DNA of 64,000 nucleotides from Botryllus schlosseri (taxonomy: Eukaryota): NCBI GenBank assembly GCA_051294905.1, contig CM119372.1, positions 4,652,001 through 4,716,000 of the forward strand. Direction: 5' to 3'. The notes beneath the pieces are model-generated. The model did no database searches. It saw only the letters and a program-made list of their open reading frames with translations, and was not told where the DNA came from. Shown one piece after another: positions 13,274 to 24,993 of the stretch (positions are counted from its first letter, which is position 1; each line of letters starts with the position of its first letter). A program made the position numbers and the translations under genes.

Positions 13274-14911
13274 ATGCGTACAAAAACTGCCCAAAGAAAC
13301 AGCGAAAGAGTAGCAACCGCGAAGCCGGCTGTGTCAGATTTTCAAACAACCAATGAGACTAGGAAGAAATATTATCCGAAATTACCTTCTGTTGAAGTAT
13401 TTATTTGCACGCTGTTGTGGGGTGGAGGAGTTATCGTCACAGTATGCAGTTTGATTCCGGTATCGTCGTCTTACGAGAAGAAATTAGTAAAGGAAGGACT
13501 TTTAGATGACGGGTGGATAGATTGGCTTGGGCGACACTTGGATAATACCGATTCCGAATGGTCACTCTGGAAGGACTACTTTTGGGATGGCTACATTCGC
13601 GGATTTATTGGACATTTAATTATTGGTAGACTGGCAGACAATATATTCCCGGAAAGAAGATTCCAAATACTACTGGCGTACAGCTTGGCATTCACAGCGT
13701 ATTTCCTGCACATCGAGGGCTTCTTGTATCTACTGTTTCATGTGGCGATCCAATTTATGTCGGTCCGTTTGACAAAAAGCGTGACAGCCTGTTGGATTAC
13801 CGGTTTAGGATTGATGTACTTTCTTCACAACACGAACGAAGCGATGGCAGCATTCTATAAAACCGATCCTGATAAAATGTACATCTTAGTGATTTGCGTG
13901 GGTATGAGCAACTTGCGGTACATAGGCTTCGGGCTCGAGTATGTTTGGCAACATCGACGAAAGAGTGAGCTGAATGCGGGAAAGTCAAAAATGTTGAAGA
14001 AGACTAACACCCGATACTACGATGATGGCGAAGATCCAGACCTGACCTTTATGGACCTGCTAACGTACCAAATGTATTTTCCTCTGCTTCTTGGCGGGCC
14101 TGTTATGAACTACAACGAATTCGCGGAGCAAGCAAAAAAGCCGCCACCTCCTTGGACATCTGGAAGAACCACTAAATTTATAATGAATTTGCTAAAATAC
14201 GCGACTTTTCATGTGTGTATTGACTTCGTGCTGCATTACGTGTACGCGTCGGCGTTGCTGTACGAGAGTTGGTCATCCAACGAGAAATTGAAGATATATC
14301 ATTTATGCGGACTTTCAATGGCTCAAGTTGGATTGTTCTACTTTAAATACCTAGTCATGTACGGTTTACCCGCTCACATCGCAACATCCGACGGGATGGA
14401 CCCTCCCGGACAGCCTCAATGTGTATACTCCAAGCACAGGATGACTGATTTCTGGAAACTCATTGACAAAGGTCTTCACAAGTGGCTCGTACGGTATATT
14501 TATATTCCTTGCGGAGGCTCACGAAATGGGTCGCTCAGGGCCATTTTAAGCTTGACAACTTCATTCACGTTTGTGGTGCTGTGGCACAGACCAACGCGGC
14601 GACATATAAAATGGGGTGCCATGAGCTGGTTTGGCGTGCTGGTAGAGTTTATTGCGATGGAGATCTATCGCACGGACGCCGTGAAAGAGTTGGAAAGGAG
14701 ATACTTCACGCCTCAGTGGAGCAGACGTTTCAGAGGATTTTTGTCCTGTTTTATGTTCGGGTTTCTCATCGTCACCAACTTGATTTTTCTGGCTGGTGTC
14801 AAGATGGGGGATGTTTACATTTCGAGATTTTATACCGAAAACCTTCTGGCCACCATTCTCATCCATGTTTCGTTGTATGGCGGGGCGCAGAGCTCTATGA
14901 ATTTAGAGTAA
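13274..14911 (+). CDS. HHAT-like membrane-bound O-acyltransferase (MBOAT), paralog A, 545 aa, single-exon CDS
   Basis: Multi-TM ORF with HHAT/Gup1-type motifs: D.TDSEW, YFPLLLGGPVMNYNEF, PQCVYSKHRMTDFWKLIDKGLHKWLVRYIYIPCGG and FVVLWH (catalytic His). Confidence 0.9.
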   Translation: MRTKTAQRNSERVATAKPAVSDFQTTNETRKKYYPKLPSVEVFICTLLWGGGVIVTVCSLIPVSSSYEKKLVKEGLLDDGWIDWLGRHLDNTDSEWSLWKDYFWDGYIRGFIGHLIIGRLADNIFPERRFQILLAYSLAFTAYFLHIEGFLYLLFHVAIQFMSVRLTKSVTACWITGLGLMYFLHNTNEAMAAFYKTDPDKMYILVICVGMSNLRYIGFGLEYVWQHRRKSELNAGKSKMLKKTNTRYYDDGEDPDLTFMDLLTYQMYFPLLLGGPVMNYNEFAEQAKKPPPPWTSGRTTKFIMNLLKYATFHVCIDFVLHYVYASALLYESWSSNEKLKIYHLCGLSMAQVGLFYFKYLVMYGLPAHIATSDGMDPPGQPQCVYSKHRMTDFWKLIDKGLHKWLVRYIYIPCGGSRNGSLRAILSLTTSFTFVVLWHRPTRRHIKWGAMSWFGVLVEFIAMEIYRTDAVKELERRYFTPQWSRRFRGFLSCFMFGFLIVTNLIFLAGVKMGDVYISRFYTENLLATILIHVSLYGGAQSSMNLE

Positions 14912-15847
14912 ACCGATAGGATTTTTGAAACAAACTGTTATTCCGTGCCTTACTTTTAAAGCTATTTCTAACACGCAACTCATTCATGAATGATGAAATT
15001 GACAAGAAATCAATCAGCGAAAAACAGTTAATGAACGATTTAGGGATGGAAGAGATGATAGGTAGGACCGAGGTATAGGCCTATTACCGATCATTACCCC
15101 CTTAGCAAACGAATATACTATACACTGTAAACGAAAATCGAGTGATCTATGGATTTCCACGCTACCTAGGGGTATAAATAAGACATCGGCATTTTCTGGC
15201 TCAAAATTTTGCATTCACACCTGTTCCAGCTCGTGTAGATGAGTCAAATGCATCATTTCGCATGGTGATATATGATGTGGTGGATTCTGTTTGCGCGTAT
15301 ACCTCTACGAAAAGCGCATAGAGATGAAATGATTTGCGCGCTATGTCATATGGTTATCATCTGGCAGAAATTTTGCAGTTCTTTTGTACCCATTTATTGA
15401 CAGTTTATACTCGGTAAAATTAGGGCGGCTGTTTCGTAGAATATATCTTGCAATAATAATGTCTTATTGTTCTATGAAATGAAGCACGTGCTATTGCATA
15501 TATAGTAGATATAATTCTCGTTCACGATATTTCGAATGTTTATCTACGTAGTTAAGTAAAAAATATTTCATTTCTGTAAAATACGTATTCTTTTCGTTCA
15601 TTTTTGGGTGTCTTTGAGTCATTCGATTTTGATCTCATGTCGAGTCCAAGTCAAGCAAAGCAATCTTGGAGCAGTAGCTCGAGTCAAGTCAATGGATTCA
15701 GAAAATGTGACTCGAGTCATCCCAAAAATTGCTCAGGTTGTGAATAATGATCAACACACAGACACATTATCCTCGGAAGTACACGCTGGAAATGATGAAA
15801 ATCGACGAAGGGTATGAATAGATCTCTATAACCACTTAGTTGTTGAC

Positions 15848-16675
15848 CAGTGACGTGCGGGGAGGCAAGTGAGGCACTGCCTCGCATGTGGCCAGGATGA
15901 GTGAAATTAAATCGTAAAACCTTCAATGAATATAACACCAATAATTTACGGGCATTTTCTATCGATATTCATGAATAACTGAATTTTAAAAATTTCAACA
16001 CCAAAAATCAGAGAATTTGCATACTTATTGTCAAGAAATATAGTGTGAAAGGAGAGGTGATGAGGCACAGACGGCCAAAGCCTCGCCTCTAATAGCGCAC
16101 TTCATCATAAACAGTTTAGAATTTATAATAACTGGTGTTAAGCGAATGTTATTGTTGCACTGATTCCGAAAATCTAAACATTATTCACGTCAGGGCATTA
16201 GAACCCCCTCAAAATAGCCAAGGAGTGTGAGATTATCGGCTTTGTTACGTGTAATGGCAGCGCAGAGAAACAAGGAAGTGAGGCACAGTCACAGTCACCA
16301 CACTCACCGTTAGCTAGGGTTACCATACGTCCTCTTTTAAGAGGATTTGTCCTCATTTTTGACTTTTTTGTGTGTCCTCGGGGGACGCCCAAATGTCCTC
16401 TGTTTTGAGAATTTTGTTTAAATATAGGGTATAATTCGAGTGAGATACAGTAAATCAGTACTGAAGAAATGCTCCGGCGGCTATTTCGGGAGCTGAGCCG
16501 GAAGCTCACATTTTTTTCTTTTAGTCGACTGACCACCAAGTGGGAAAAATTTACCATTTCCTAGGATTTTCCTCCGGTGTATTGCAAGTCTGAATATTTT
16601 GAAAAAGTGTCCTCTTTTCAGATTTCCAAAATATATTGGTAACCCCACCGTTAGCTATCAACTCACACGTCACTG
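15848..16675. mobile_element. hAT-like MITE (CAGTGACGTG TIR) carrying a nested hAT-Blackjack-like MITE at 16315-16647
   Basis: Outer TIR CAGTGACGTG / CACGTCACTG with GAGGC repeats. Inner element TAGGGTTACCA..TGGTAACCCCA has a perfect 8-bp TSD CCGTTAGC (16307-16314 / 16648-16655). Confidence 0.7.
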
Positions 16676-16852
16676 GTTGTGATTTACATTAAGATATCAG
16701 CTGGATTATCGATCGGGAGAGAGAATCTTCATTTGTCAAACGTGTAAGCCTAAATCAAAAACATACGCAACAAAACATAATTGGGTGAAATATGATATGT
16801 TGATATACATGGTATAGACGGGAGGATCGATCTTACAGAGCTTGGTCAATGA

Positions 16853-18622
16853 TCAGTCGACGGTGATCTTCCACCTCTGAAGTTCCATACAGCATTGAAC
16901 ACCCGTATAGTAAGTAAAATGGAACAGAAACGCTATTTGAAAGCTTTCGCGGTAAAACTTGTTCCAATACGCATTTCCGATGTCCATTCCAGATTGAAAA
17001 TACACGTTTATTGTTAAAGCTGATCCAAACATAACGGAAGACAGCATCGCCCGAATCCGTCTGCTCCACGCCCTAGTCAAATACTTTGCTTCAAACATCT
17101 GTACGTGTTTGATTCGGTATATCTTCAGCGCTAATCCTTCTGCGAAAACGCCCATCCAGCTAAGCACTGCCCAGTACAAATATTGATGATCACCTCCATG
17201 CCAAATCGCAGTAAATAAGAACGGTAAAAACGTATTTATTATCAACTGATGGAGCTTAACCTTGGACCCCCCTAAGGGAAAATATATGTAACGCACAAGC
17301 CATTCGTGGAGCCCCTGATCAAACGTTTTCCACATATCAGTCAAACGATGTTTCGAATAGACACAGTGCGGGCCCTTGGGCGCGTTGAAATTGTCCGAGG
17401 TTGCGATGTGAGAGGGGAATCCGTATAATATCACGTGTTTTATGTAAAAGAATCCGACCTGAGCGACTCCAAGTCCGAATGCATGAAAAAACGATGGCAT
17501 CTTGGTGATTATACGTTCGTCAGACGATAAGCTAGGTAGATAATAGAAATGCAGCGTAAATTCGATGAAAAAGATCCAGAATGCGAAGCGTAGGATTCCA
17601 AAAGTGAATTGTCCTATTTCCCTAACACTCCAAGACCTCGGAGCATTCTTAGTTTCGGTAACGAATCTTTTATATGACATGATAGGACCCCCGTACATCA
17701 ACGGGTAATAAAATTGGAATGTAAGCAAGTCAAAGAAAGAAAATGCATGGCCATTAAAATCTCGTTGGGCTGTCATTGTTCTTTGAATAACAATCTGAGA
17801 TGCATTGCGACGTGGCACTCCATAACCCTCAGAATTTATTTCAACGCTGTCAGTTTGACCGGATGACTCCATCAGTCGATCGGATTTTTGTGCTTCTTGT
17901 TCCCACACGTACTCGAGTGTGAATGCTATGTATCGTAAGTTGCACATGGCTACTACAAAAACTAGGAAGTCCGCTTTATCGTCATCTCCCTGATAAGGCC
18001 TCACAAGTTTTAAAAACGTAAACCCGAAAATAGAATCTTCAGAAGAAATGGAATCTACCAGCGATAAGCAAAGTAGAAACCCAGTAGCCCAACATATCAT
18101 TACACTTTTTGATACCACAGCGAAAATATACTGGATCGCACAGTGTACAATGACAAGAATAGTTCCCGAAAACCCGAAAAAATATACCGTGAAAGCTATT
18201 CCGTATAAGCAAAGGACGTGAAACCTCCGTTCCCACCATATCCTCTCCATTATCCGCGCCACAACGAAATGTCCAGTAAATCCTACAAGATATATATCCC
18301 ACATGAATTTCGTCATCATCATCCACTGATCATCTGACGCGTCTTTTAGTTTTCCTTTGATTGCACTGTTGCTGGACACGAGATTTCCAGCATAAACATA
18401 TCGATCTTCGTTTTCTTTTGAAATACCGTAAACATGTGAAACCGAATAACAAACACATCCCACATAAAAGATAAAATACGCAGCTACTTCCGTTTTTGGA
18501 AGGCAAGGATAGTACGATGGCATGATAGGACCATGACCTTTCACACTTTCTTCTTCTGTCTGCATTCGACTCGCAGATGTTATACGGTGACGTACGAGTA
18601 TTTTCTTGAATGCATTAATCAT
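16853..18622 (-). CDS. HHAT-like MBOAT acyltransferase, paralog B, up to 589 aa, single-exon CDS
   Basis: Motifs DASDDQW, FYYPLMYGGPIMSY, PHCVYSKHRLTDMWKTFDQGLHEWLVRYIYFPLGG and FTAIWHGG. The true start could be a downstream Met. Confidence 0.9.
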   Translation of the reverse strand: MINAFKKILVRHRITSASRMQTEEESVKGHGPIMPSYYPCLPKTEVAAYFIFYVGCVCYSVSHVYGISKENEDRYVYAGNLVSSNSAIKGKLKDASDDQWMMMTKFMWDIYLVGFTGHFVVARIMERIWWERRFHVLCLYGIAFTVYFFGFSGTILVIVHCAIQYIFAVVSKSVMICWATGFLLCLSLVDSISSEDSIFGFTFLKLVRPYQGDDDKADFLVFVVAMCNLRYIAFTLEYVWEQEAQKSDRLMESSGQTDSVEINSEGYGVPRRNASQIVIQRTMTAQRDFNGHAFSFFDLLTFQFYYPLMYGGPIMSYKRFVTETKNAPRSWSVREIGQFTFGILRFAFWIFFIEFTLHFYYLPSLSSDERIITKMPSFFHAFGLGVAQVGFFYIKHVILYGFPSHIATSDNFNAPKGPHCVYSKHRLTDMWKTFDQGLHEWLVRYIYFPLGGSKVKLHQLIINTFLPFLFTAIWHGGDHQYLYWAVLSWMGVFAEGLALKIYRIKHVQMFEAKYLTRAWSRRIRAMLSSVMFGSALTINVYFQSGMDIGNAYWNKFYRESFQIAFLFHFTYYTGVQCCMELQRWKITVD

Positions 18623-19736
18623 AATAAACCTTTCTTAATCCCTTCAGTAGATAGATATCACGAGACTATTGCAGATTTCCACAAAGTCACATCTCCAAAT
18701 GTTTAGAGTTTCTACCAGCATAATCAGGTGCAATATTAGGCTACAGCAGCGCTGATATTATTTGACTTGCTCATTTTGTTAGGCACATGTGATTGAGTAG
18801 CCCGGGGCGACAAAACCGTTACCTGAGACAATTATTATATTCCTGCCTGCATTTAGTAGAAATTATGTGGACCTACCTCCGCAGAGCGCACACGTGCATT
18901 AGTTTATTATTCTAATCATAATATCGTTGAGTCGGTTGCATATAATAAGGAAATAACCTCGCTAAGTGGATTTCGTAAAGTATTTTCAATAGTATGTCCT
19001 CATGGAAGTTATCGTTATGACTCAATCCCAAACGGTGTTTGGAATGAAATTTTAGGACTAAGAGTGTGGAGCCTCAGCCTATTCAGTACTGGGGGTCGCG
19101 TGAATCACATAGAATTCTAGGTGGCCGCACTTTTTTGTCACTTTCAAAATCTGTATGAAAACCTAAAGTAGCCCATACACGAGCTGCAAGAGCTCTCTCG
19201 TGGCTGAATAAATGAGTCTTTTCCCATGGTATGAATCGTGCGATGTGTACTCGAACTGAACATGATGCTATTTGCAATGATCAATTGTTCATTTCAATGT
19301 TTTCAGCAGTTATTCCGTAGAGAAGCCTAATCTACGGCAGTGATGGAAGCGACATGTACTGCACGAACACTGTAGCACTGGTCTACTTGTACGTAAAGTC
19401 GTACACGTACAAGTTGTTTAATATAGGTATGTAGGAACTCGTTTCCTACTGAGTAGTTAACTAACTACGTAACTCTCATTTCGATACTGAGAACGCCAGA
19501 CAAGTACAGTTACACTCAATCTGTAATCACAACAACAATAATATGAACATGCTCTCTGACTGGCACCTTTTGAGCGTGCAAGTCAGAGCGGTACGAATGT
19601 ATCAGAATGTTAATATTCGAACGGTAACGCGTCAGGAGTAAGCGTAATACATTTGTGAGTCACGATCGCTTGGATATAGTTTGTAGGTGTATTATGTGTA
19701 GCTACACCACCCTCCACCAGATCGTGACTAGCCTTT

Positions 19737-22700
19737 TCATGCTCGGAATCGAGGGGGCACGTTAATCATTCTTCCGAAGCGAGTCTTCATCTGCTTGTTG
19801 CGCGTATACGTCGTGTCATCCTGTTCACGTTGGGAGCTTTCGGGTGATCGTTGCTCATGATCTGGAGATGGTATCGAACGATCACGCAAGGGCGGTCTAC
19901 CTCTTGTAGGTGGTTGCGCCGCCACGAATGGATGCTCTTTGTCAATGTAGGCTGGCTTGAGTCTGTCCGCCGAAACCAGTTCTTCGCGCAAGCCAATCCT
20001 CAGTCTGAAGACCTTCTCTCCTGGGGAGATTACCTCGTATGGTCCGTCATACGGTCTTGTCAGCGGGTGCCCATGTGCGCCTCTTCGCACGAAAACGAAT
20101 TTACTGTTTGATAAGTCCGAAGTCACGTGAGCTGATGTGTTTCCATGAGACGAGGTAGGGGTTGGGCGCAAACTTCCGGCAGTTTCTCGGAGGCGGTTAA
20201 GCAGTGGATTGTAGTTTGTAACGGTCTCAGGCGTGGCCATGAAATCTGCTGGCACTGCTATTGTCTCACCGTACACAAGCTCCGCCGAAGTCGACCCTAG
20301 GTCCGCTTTTGGCGTGGTTCGAAGTCCAAGTAAAACCCACGGTAGCTCGTCTACCCAGCCTGGATGCGTGCATCGAGCACGCAAGGCAGCCTTCATAGAA
20401 CGGTGGAAGCGTTCCACCAGTCCGTTGGCTTGGGGATGGTACGAAGTGGTCCTGTGAAGTTTGGTGCCAAGAAGTTCACAAACTGCGTCCCATAGTCTGG
20501 AAGTGAACTGAGGCCCTCGGTCAGATGACATATCTGCCGGAACGCCAAATCTCGCCACCCAATTATACAGCAGTGCGCGGGCACATCCGGCGGCGGAAAT
20601 GTCGGAAATCGGTATGGCTTCGGGCCACCTGGTGAACCTATCGACAATTGTGAGGAGATACGTGTATCCCCGCGAGTGAGGCAAGGGGCCTACGAGGTCG
20701 ATGTTCAGATGACTGAAACGCCTTTCCGGAACACGAAACGTTTCAAGAGCAGTTTTCGTGTGTTGGGTGACCTTCGACTGTTGGCAGGCGATGCAAGACC
20801 TGCTCCACTGGTTCACGTCTTTTGCAAGACCCTTCCACACATACTTGGCGCTTACCAAATTCTTGGTGGTCCTAATGCCCGGATGGGACAAGGTGTGTAC
20901 AGCGTCGAAAACCCGTCGTCGCCACGATGGTGGAACCACCGGCCTCGGTGTCCCAGTGCTGACGTCACAAAGCAAGGTGGACCGCCCACCGTCAAATGGA
21001 ATCCTCTGTAACTCAAGGCTGGTATCGCGTAGATCAAGGTCAGTTTGTTCTCGTGCCATCGCTTGGAAATCAAGGCCGTCGTCGATAGCGTTGACAGTGG
21101 CACGCGATAGTGTGTCCGCTACCGAGTTGCTTTTCCCAGAAACGTGCCGTATATCAGTCGTGTACTCACTGATTGCGGCCAATTGTCTGGATTGCCTGGC
21201 CGACCACGGTACAGATTTCTTCGCCATAGCAAAAGTCAACGGTTTATGGTCGGTGTAGACGGTGAAGTGACGTCCTTCCAGAAAGTAGCGGAATTTTCTG
21301 ATGCTCAGATGAATCGCCAGCAGTTCCCTATCAAAAGCACTGTACTTTCTTTCAGCATTATTCAGTTGACGGCTGAAGAAGGCTAACGGCTTCCAAACAC
21401 TCCCCAACTTCTGTTGGAGGACGCCTCCAACAGCCACATCCGACGCGTCTACTGTTAAGGCGGTTGGCGCGTCTGTTTTAGGATGCACCAAGAGCGTAGC
21501 CTTGGCTAAAGCAGCCTTAGTAGCGTTGAAAGCCGTGGTCATGTCTGTTGACCACTGGACAGTTTGAGTCTTGGATTTACGACCTGCGGTTGCTCTGTAT
21601 AGAGGCTGCATAATTTCCGCAGCACTCGGTAGAAATCTGTGGTAAAAGTTCACCATTCCATTGAATTCCATAAGTTGCTTGACCGTCCGAGGCGCAGGAA
21701 AATTGCGGATTACCTCCACCTTCTCAGGAAGAGGCTTGATGCCGCTGGCTGAAACTCGATGGCCGAGGAAATCGAGCGTGGACCGGCCAAATTGACATTT
21801 GGTGGGGTTTATCACAAGCCCGTGTTCACGAAAACGGGAGAATAATGTCCGTAAGTCTGCTAAGTGCTGTTCTTGGTCTTGGCTCGCAATTAAGACGTCG
21901 TCAAGATAAACAAACACGTTTTGAAGCCCTTGACAGACAGAATCCATCAAGCGTTGGAATGTTTGTGCCGCGTTTTTCAAACCGAACGGCATTCGTAGAA
22001 ATTCAAAGAGTCCGAAAGGCGTGGTGATTGCAGTCTTCGCCACGTCCTGTGGCCTGACGGGGATTTGAAAATATCCCTTCACAAGGTCGACTTTTGAAAA
22101 CACCGATTTTCCATCCAAGTTGTGTGAGAAATCTTGAATGTTAGGCAGGCGCGTATCCAGAGCTCGAAAAAGGGGGGGGTTTTGCGTTACGAAATTGGCT
22201 ATTGTGACGTCATCATTACGACCACTCGTCTCCACACCATGGCGAATATTTAATATATTATAGTTTAATAATAAACAGAGATTTGCGGTGAGTGGGAGAT
22301 GTACGAATACGATACGGACATTGCCTGAAAATCGCGTTTCTTTTACGGTATGATTGAAAGAAATTCGTAAATGCTCACATTTAGTCATGAGCCGGCAAAC
22401 GCCGCCCGTCTTCAAGCGCCTAGTTCCGGTCAGAGATGCGCGATTTTGTTGGGTTTTGACGATATTATGCGCACGCTCGGTAGTATCGCAGCGGACGAAC
22501 AAGCGCGGAATAGGGCGGTAGCATAAACGAGGGCGATCGCCACAGAGAGGTGTGGTGTGAACAGTGTACGTCGTACACGAATGTGTGCTTTTCGATGGCT
22601 TTACTAGCCGTACGGCTGAGCGTGTAGTACGCGCGAAGATAATTAGACCTTAATTGCAAGCACGCAAGTCAGTCAACTAATACAGAGTATACACTGGGAT

Positions 22701-24235
22701 AATAACTTGATCGACAGAGAAACTTGTCAGCCGATATAATTAGGTTAACTTTACTACTAGGCCTACTCAATTCTCCCGTTCAGCGACAACATAGGCCTGT
22801 ATTTGGACGACAGCAAGCCACCTAACAATCGAGAACGTGGATTGCTAGGCTTGTATTTTGAAATGTGAATGTCAATCCTAGGCCATTTCTCGCCAATAAT
22901 CGCGAATACAATGTGGATTTGAGAATAGCATTGTCGTACTGGTGCCGTCGTGTCTGCGTCTCGCTGATCAATCAACACGCCGCGTGCAATTCTTAATTAG
23001 GATTTCATGGCGAGCAGGTGCAGCGAATTCGCGAGCGATGTTGATTGCCGACAACTTCGTCTTTCCAATTACGTATCGCGTCGGCCAATTAGATTAGATT
23101 TTCCTAAAATGCGTCTCTCGTTTTAGCAAGGCGAGAGAGAAATCGAGGGAAGAAAGTTGAGAACGTCGGCAATTGCCACAGCTGAAATGTAGCTGAACAA
23201 GCGCAGAATTCGTATGGAATTAGCGAATTATAATGACCTATTTTATCCTTTCGACTAATTCGGCGCATAATTCCAATATTTTGTAGGGGTGTTAGTCCCC
23301 TTAAATAACATTAAGACGCCATATTCGCCTTTTCATACGTAAAAACGAATATGTTAAACTAATAAATTAGCAAATATTAGAGGCTATATTTGACATCAAT
23401 TTTTATGATTTTGAAAAGGGGGGGTTCCGACCCCCTAAAACCCCCCCCTGGATACGCCACTGATGTTAGGTACCGGGTAACGATCCGGTGTCGTGGCATC
23501 GTTCAAGCGCCTGTAATCGCCGCAGGGGCGGCTTTCGCCATTGGCTTTTGGAACTACATGCAGAGGAGACGCCCACTGGCTGCTGGACCTGCGTATAATC
23601 CCCAGTCTTTCCATGTTGTCAAACTCATCTTTCGCGGCTTTGAGACGGTCAGGGCGCAATCTGCGTGGGCGCGAAAAGACGGGTTGGCCGGTCGTTACGA
23701 TGTGGTGTTCCACACCGTGTTTCGGCTGTTGTAGTTCAAAAGACGGTTTGGTAATCTCGCTGAATTCATCGAGAAGCTTCGAGTATACCGTATGTGGATG
23801 CTTTTCGACTACATGGAGTTGCATGTGACGAGACCATGACAGGTGGCCTACGACAGCTGTACGGCATGTAGAAGCTTCAAGGAGCCGTCGCCCACCTATG
23901 TCAACTAGGAGGCTATGCTGCAAAAGGAAATCTGCTCCGAGAATGGGACGAGAAACGTCCGCGAGGACAAACCGGCACTCGTACGTTTTGGTACCGATGT
24001 GCAGTATTTCCGTTCTGTATCCATAAGTCTTGATCTCTGAGCCATTTGCTGCTACCAGAAGGGGACCGGTATTGCGAGAGAGGCGATCAGAGCGTAGAGC
24101 GGGAAGGATGCTAACCTGGGCTCCTGTGTCTACCAGGAACCCGCGGCCGGATTTGGCATCGTTGATGATCAAGAGGCAGCTACGAATTCCACCAACCGCG
24201 TCAGCCTCTAACCGCGATCGGCGTCGTCGTTTCCC
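19737..24235 (-). pseudogene. pol: Pol of element 1 (protease-RT-RNaseH-integrase), split by an insertion at 22146-23462
   Basis: Protease FLVDTGA, RT YLDD, RNaseH DAS..YSAFDRELL, integrase HHCC, DD(35)E and GPY motifs. Removing the insertion plus one TSD copy rejoins DRYPVPNI|QDFSHNL in frame. Confidence 0.92.
22146..23462. mobile_element. 1317-bp non-autonomous hAT DNA transposon nested in the RT of element 1
   Basis: 8-bp TSD ATGTTAGG (22138-22145 / 23463-23470). TIR CAGGCGCGTATCCAG vs CAGTGGCGTATCCAG (13/15). No recognisable transposase ORF. Confidence 0.9.
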
Positions 24236-24993
24236 TGTCGGGTCTTTCTGCGACGGGCGTAGCGCACCGTGTGCGGTGCCGAAGATTCACTTTTCTGCTC
24301 AGACACCAACTGGGCAAATGTGCACCCTTGTTTGCAGTTCGTAGCCTTCATACCGAAAGTTTTGTGGTAGTGACAAATGAAAACTCCGGTTGCGCTGTCT
24401 ACTTCTGCCTGTGCGGCGATATCCTGCGCGTCATGGCGTAGGGTGCTCACGTTGACTGTCTGAGTTGCGAAAAACACTCTATCCGCAACTTCGGCCAGTT
24501 TCTCAACATCTGTTTCTGCGGATGTGGCCAGCGCTGTTCGCACTGCAGCAGGTAGCTGGGCCAACCAGAACGCTCGCAGTAATGTCTCTTGACTGCCACC
24601 TAGCGCACGCATGTGTCTCAACAAACCAGACGGCTTTCTGTCTCCTAAGCCGGCTATGTTAAGAAGTTCAGAGTCCTTAACTTCTTGTGGCTTGCCATAT
24701 ACTTTGATTAGCGCGCTTTTGATAGCAGGGTACTTTTCTGTTGCTGGCGGTTCAGTAAGCAGAGAGGAAATTTCGCTAGCAGTGGCGTTATCCAACACCG
24801 AAACCACATGGTTAAATTTCTTATCATCTCGAGTGATGCTTGCAGCCTCGAACTGAGCTTCAGCTCTAGCGAACCACAAAGTAGGGTTGTCAGTCCAGAG
24901 TGACGGAAGTTTAACGCTTACCGCATTAGCTGACGAAGGGATGACGAGTTTCTTCAGTGCGTCGGTCAATCCTTGCATAGCGGCGGTATCCAT
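24208..24993 (-). CDS. gag: Gag of element 1 (CHCC zinc knuckle)
   Basis: First ATG at 24993 (MDTAAMQ); KLPSLWTDNPTLWFARAEAQF; C-x2-H-x9-C-x3-C motif CHYHKTFGMKATNCKQGC. Confidence 0.9.
   Translation of the reverse strand: MDTAAMQGLTDALKKLVIPSSANAVSVKLPSLWTDNPTLWFARAEAQFEAASITRDDKKFNHVVSVLDNATASEISSLLTEPPATEKYPAIKSALIKVYGKPQEVKDSELLNIAGLGDRKPSGLLRHMRALGGSQETLLRAFWLAQLPAAVRTALATSAETDVEKLAEVADRVFFATQTVNVSTLRHDAQDIAAQAEVDSATGVFICHYHKTFGMKATNCKQGCTFAQLVSEQKSESSAPHTVRYARRRKTRQGNDDADRG

Noticed and set aside
22146..22502. N-terminal ~119 aa of the 921-aa ORF as a novel domain fused to RT
   Set aside because: It is chance read-through into the inserted hAT element; the real upstream pol resumes at 23463.
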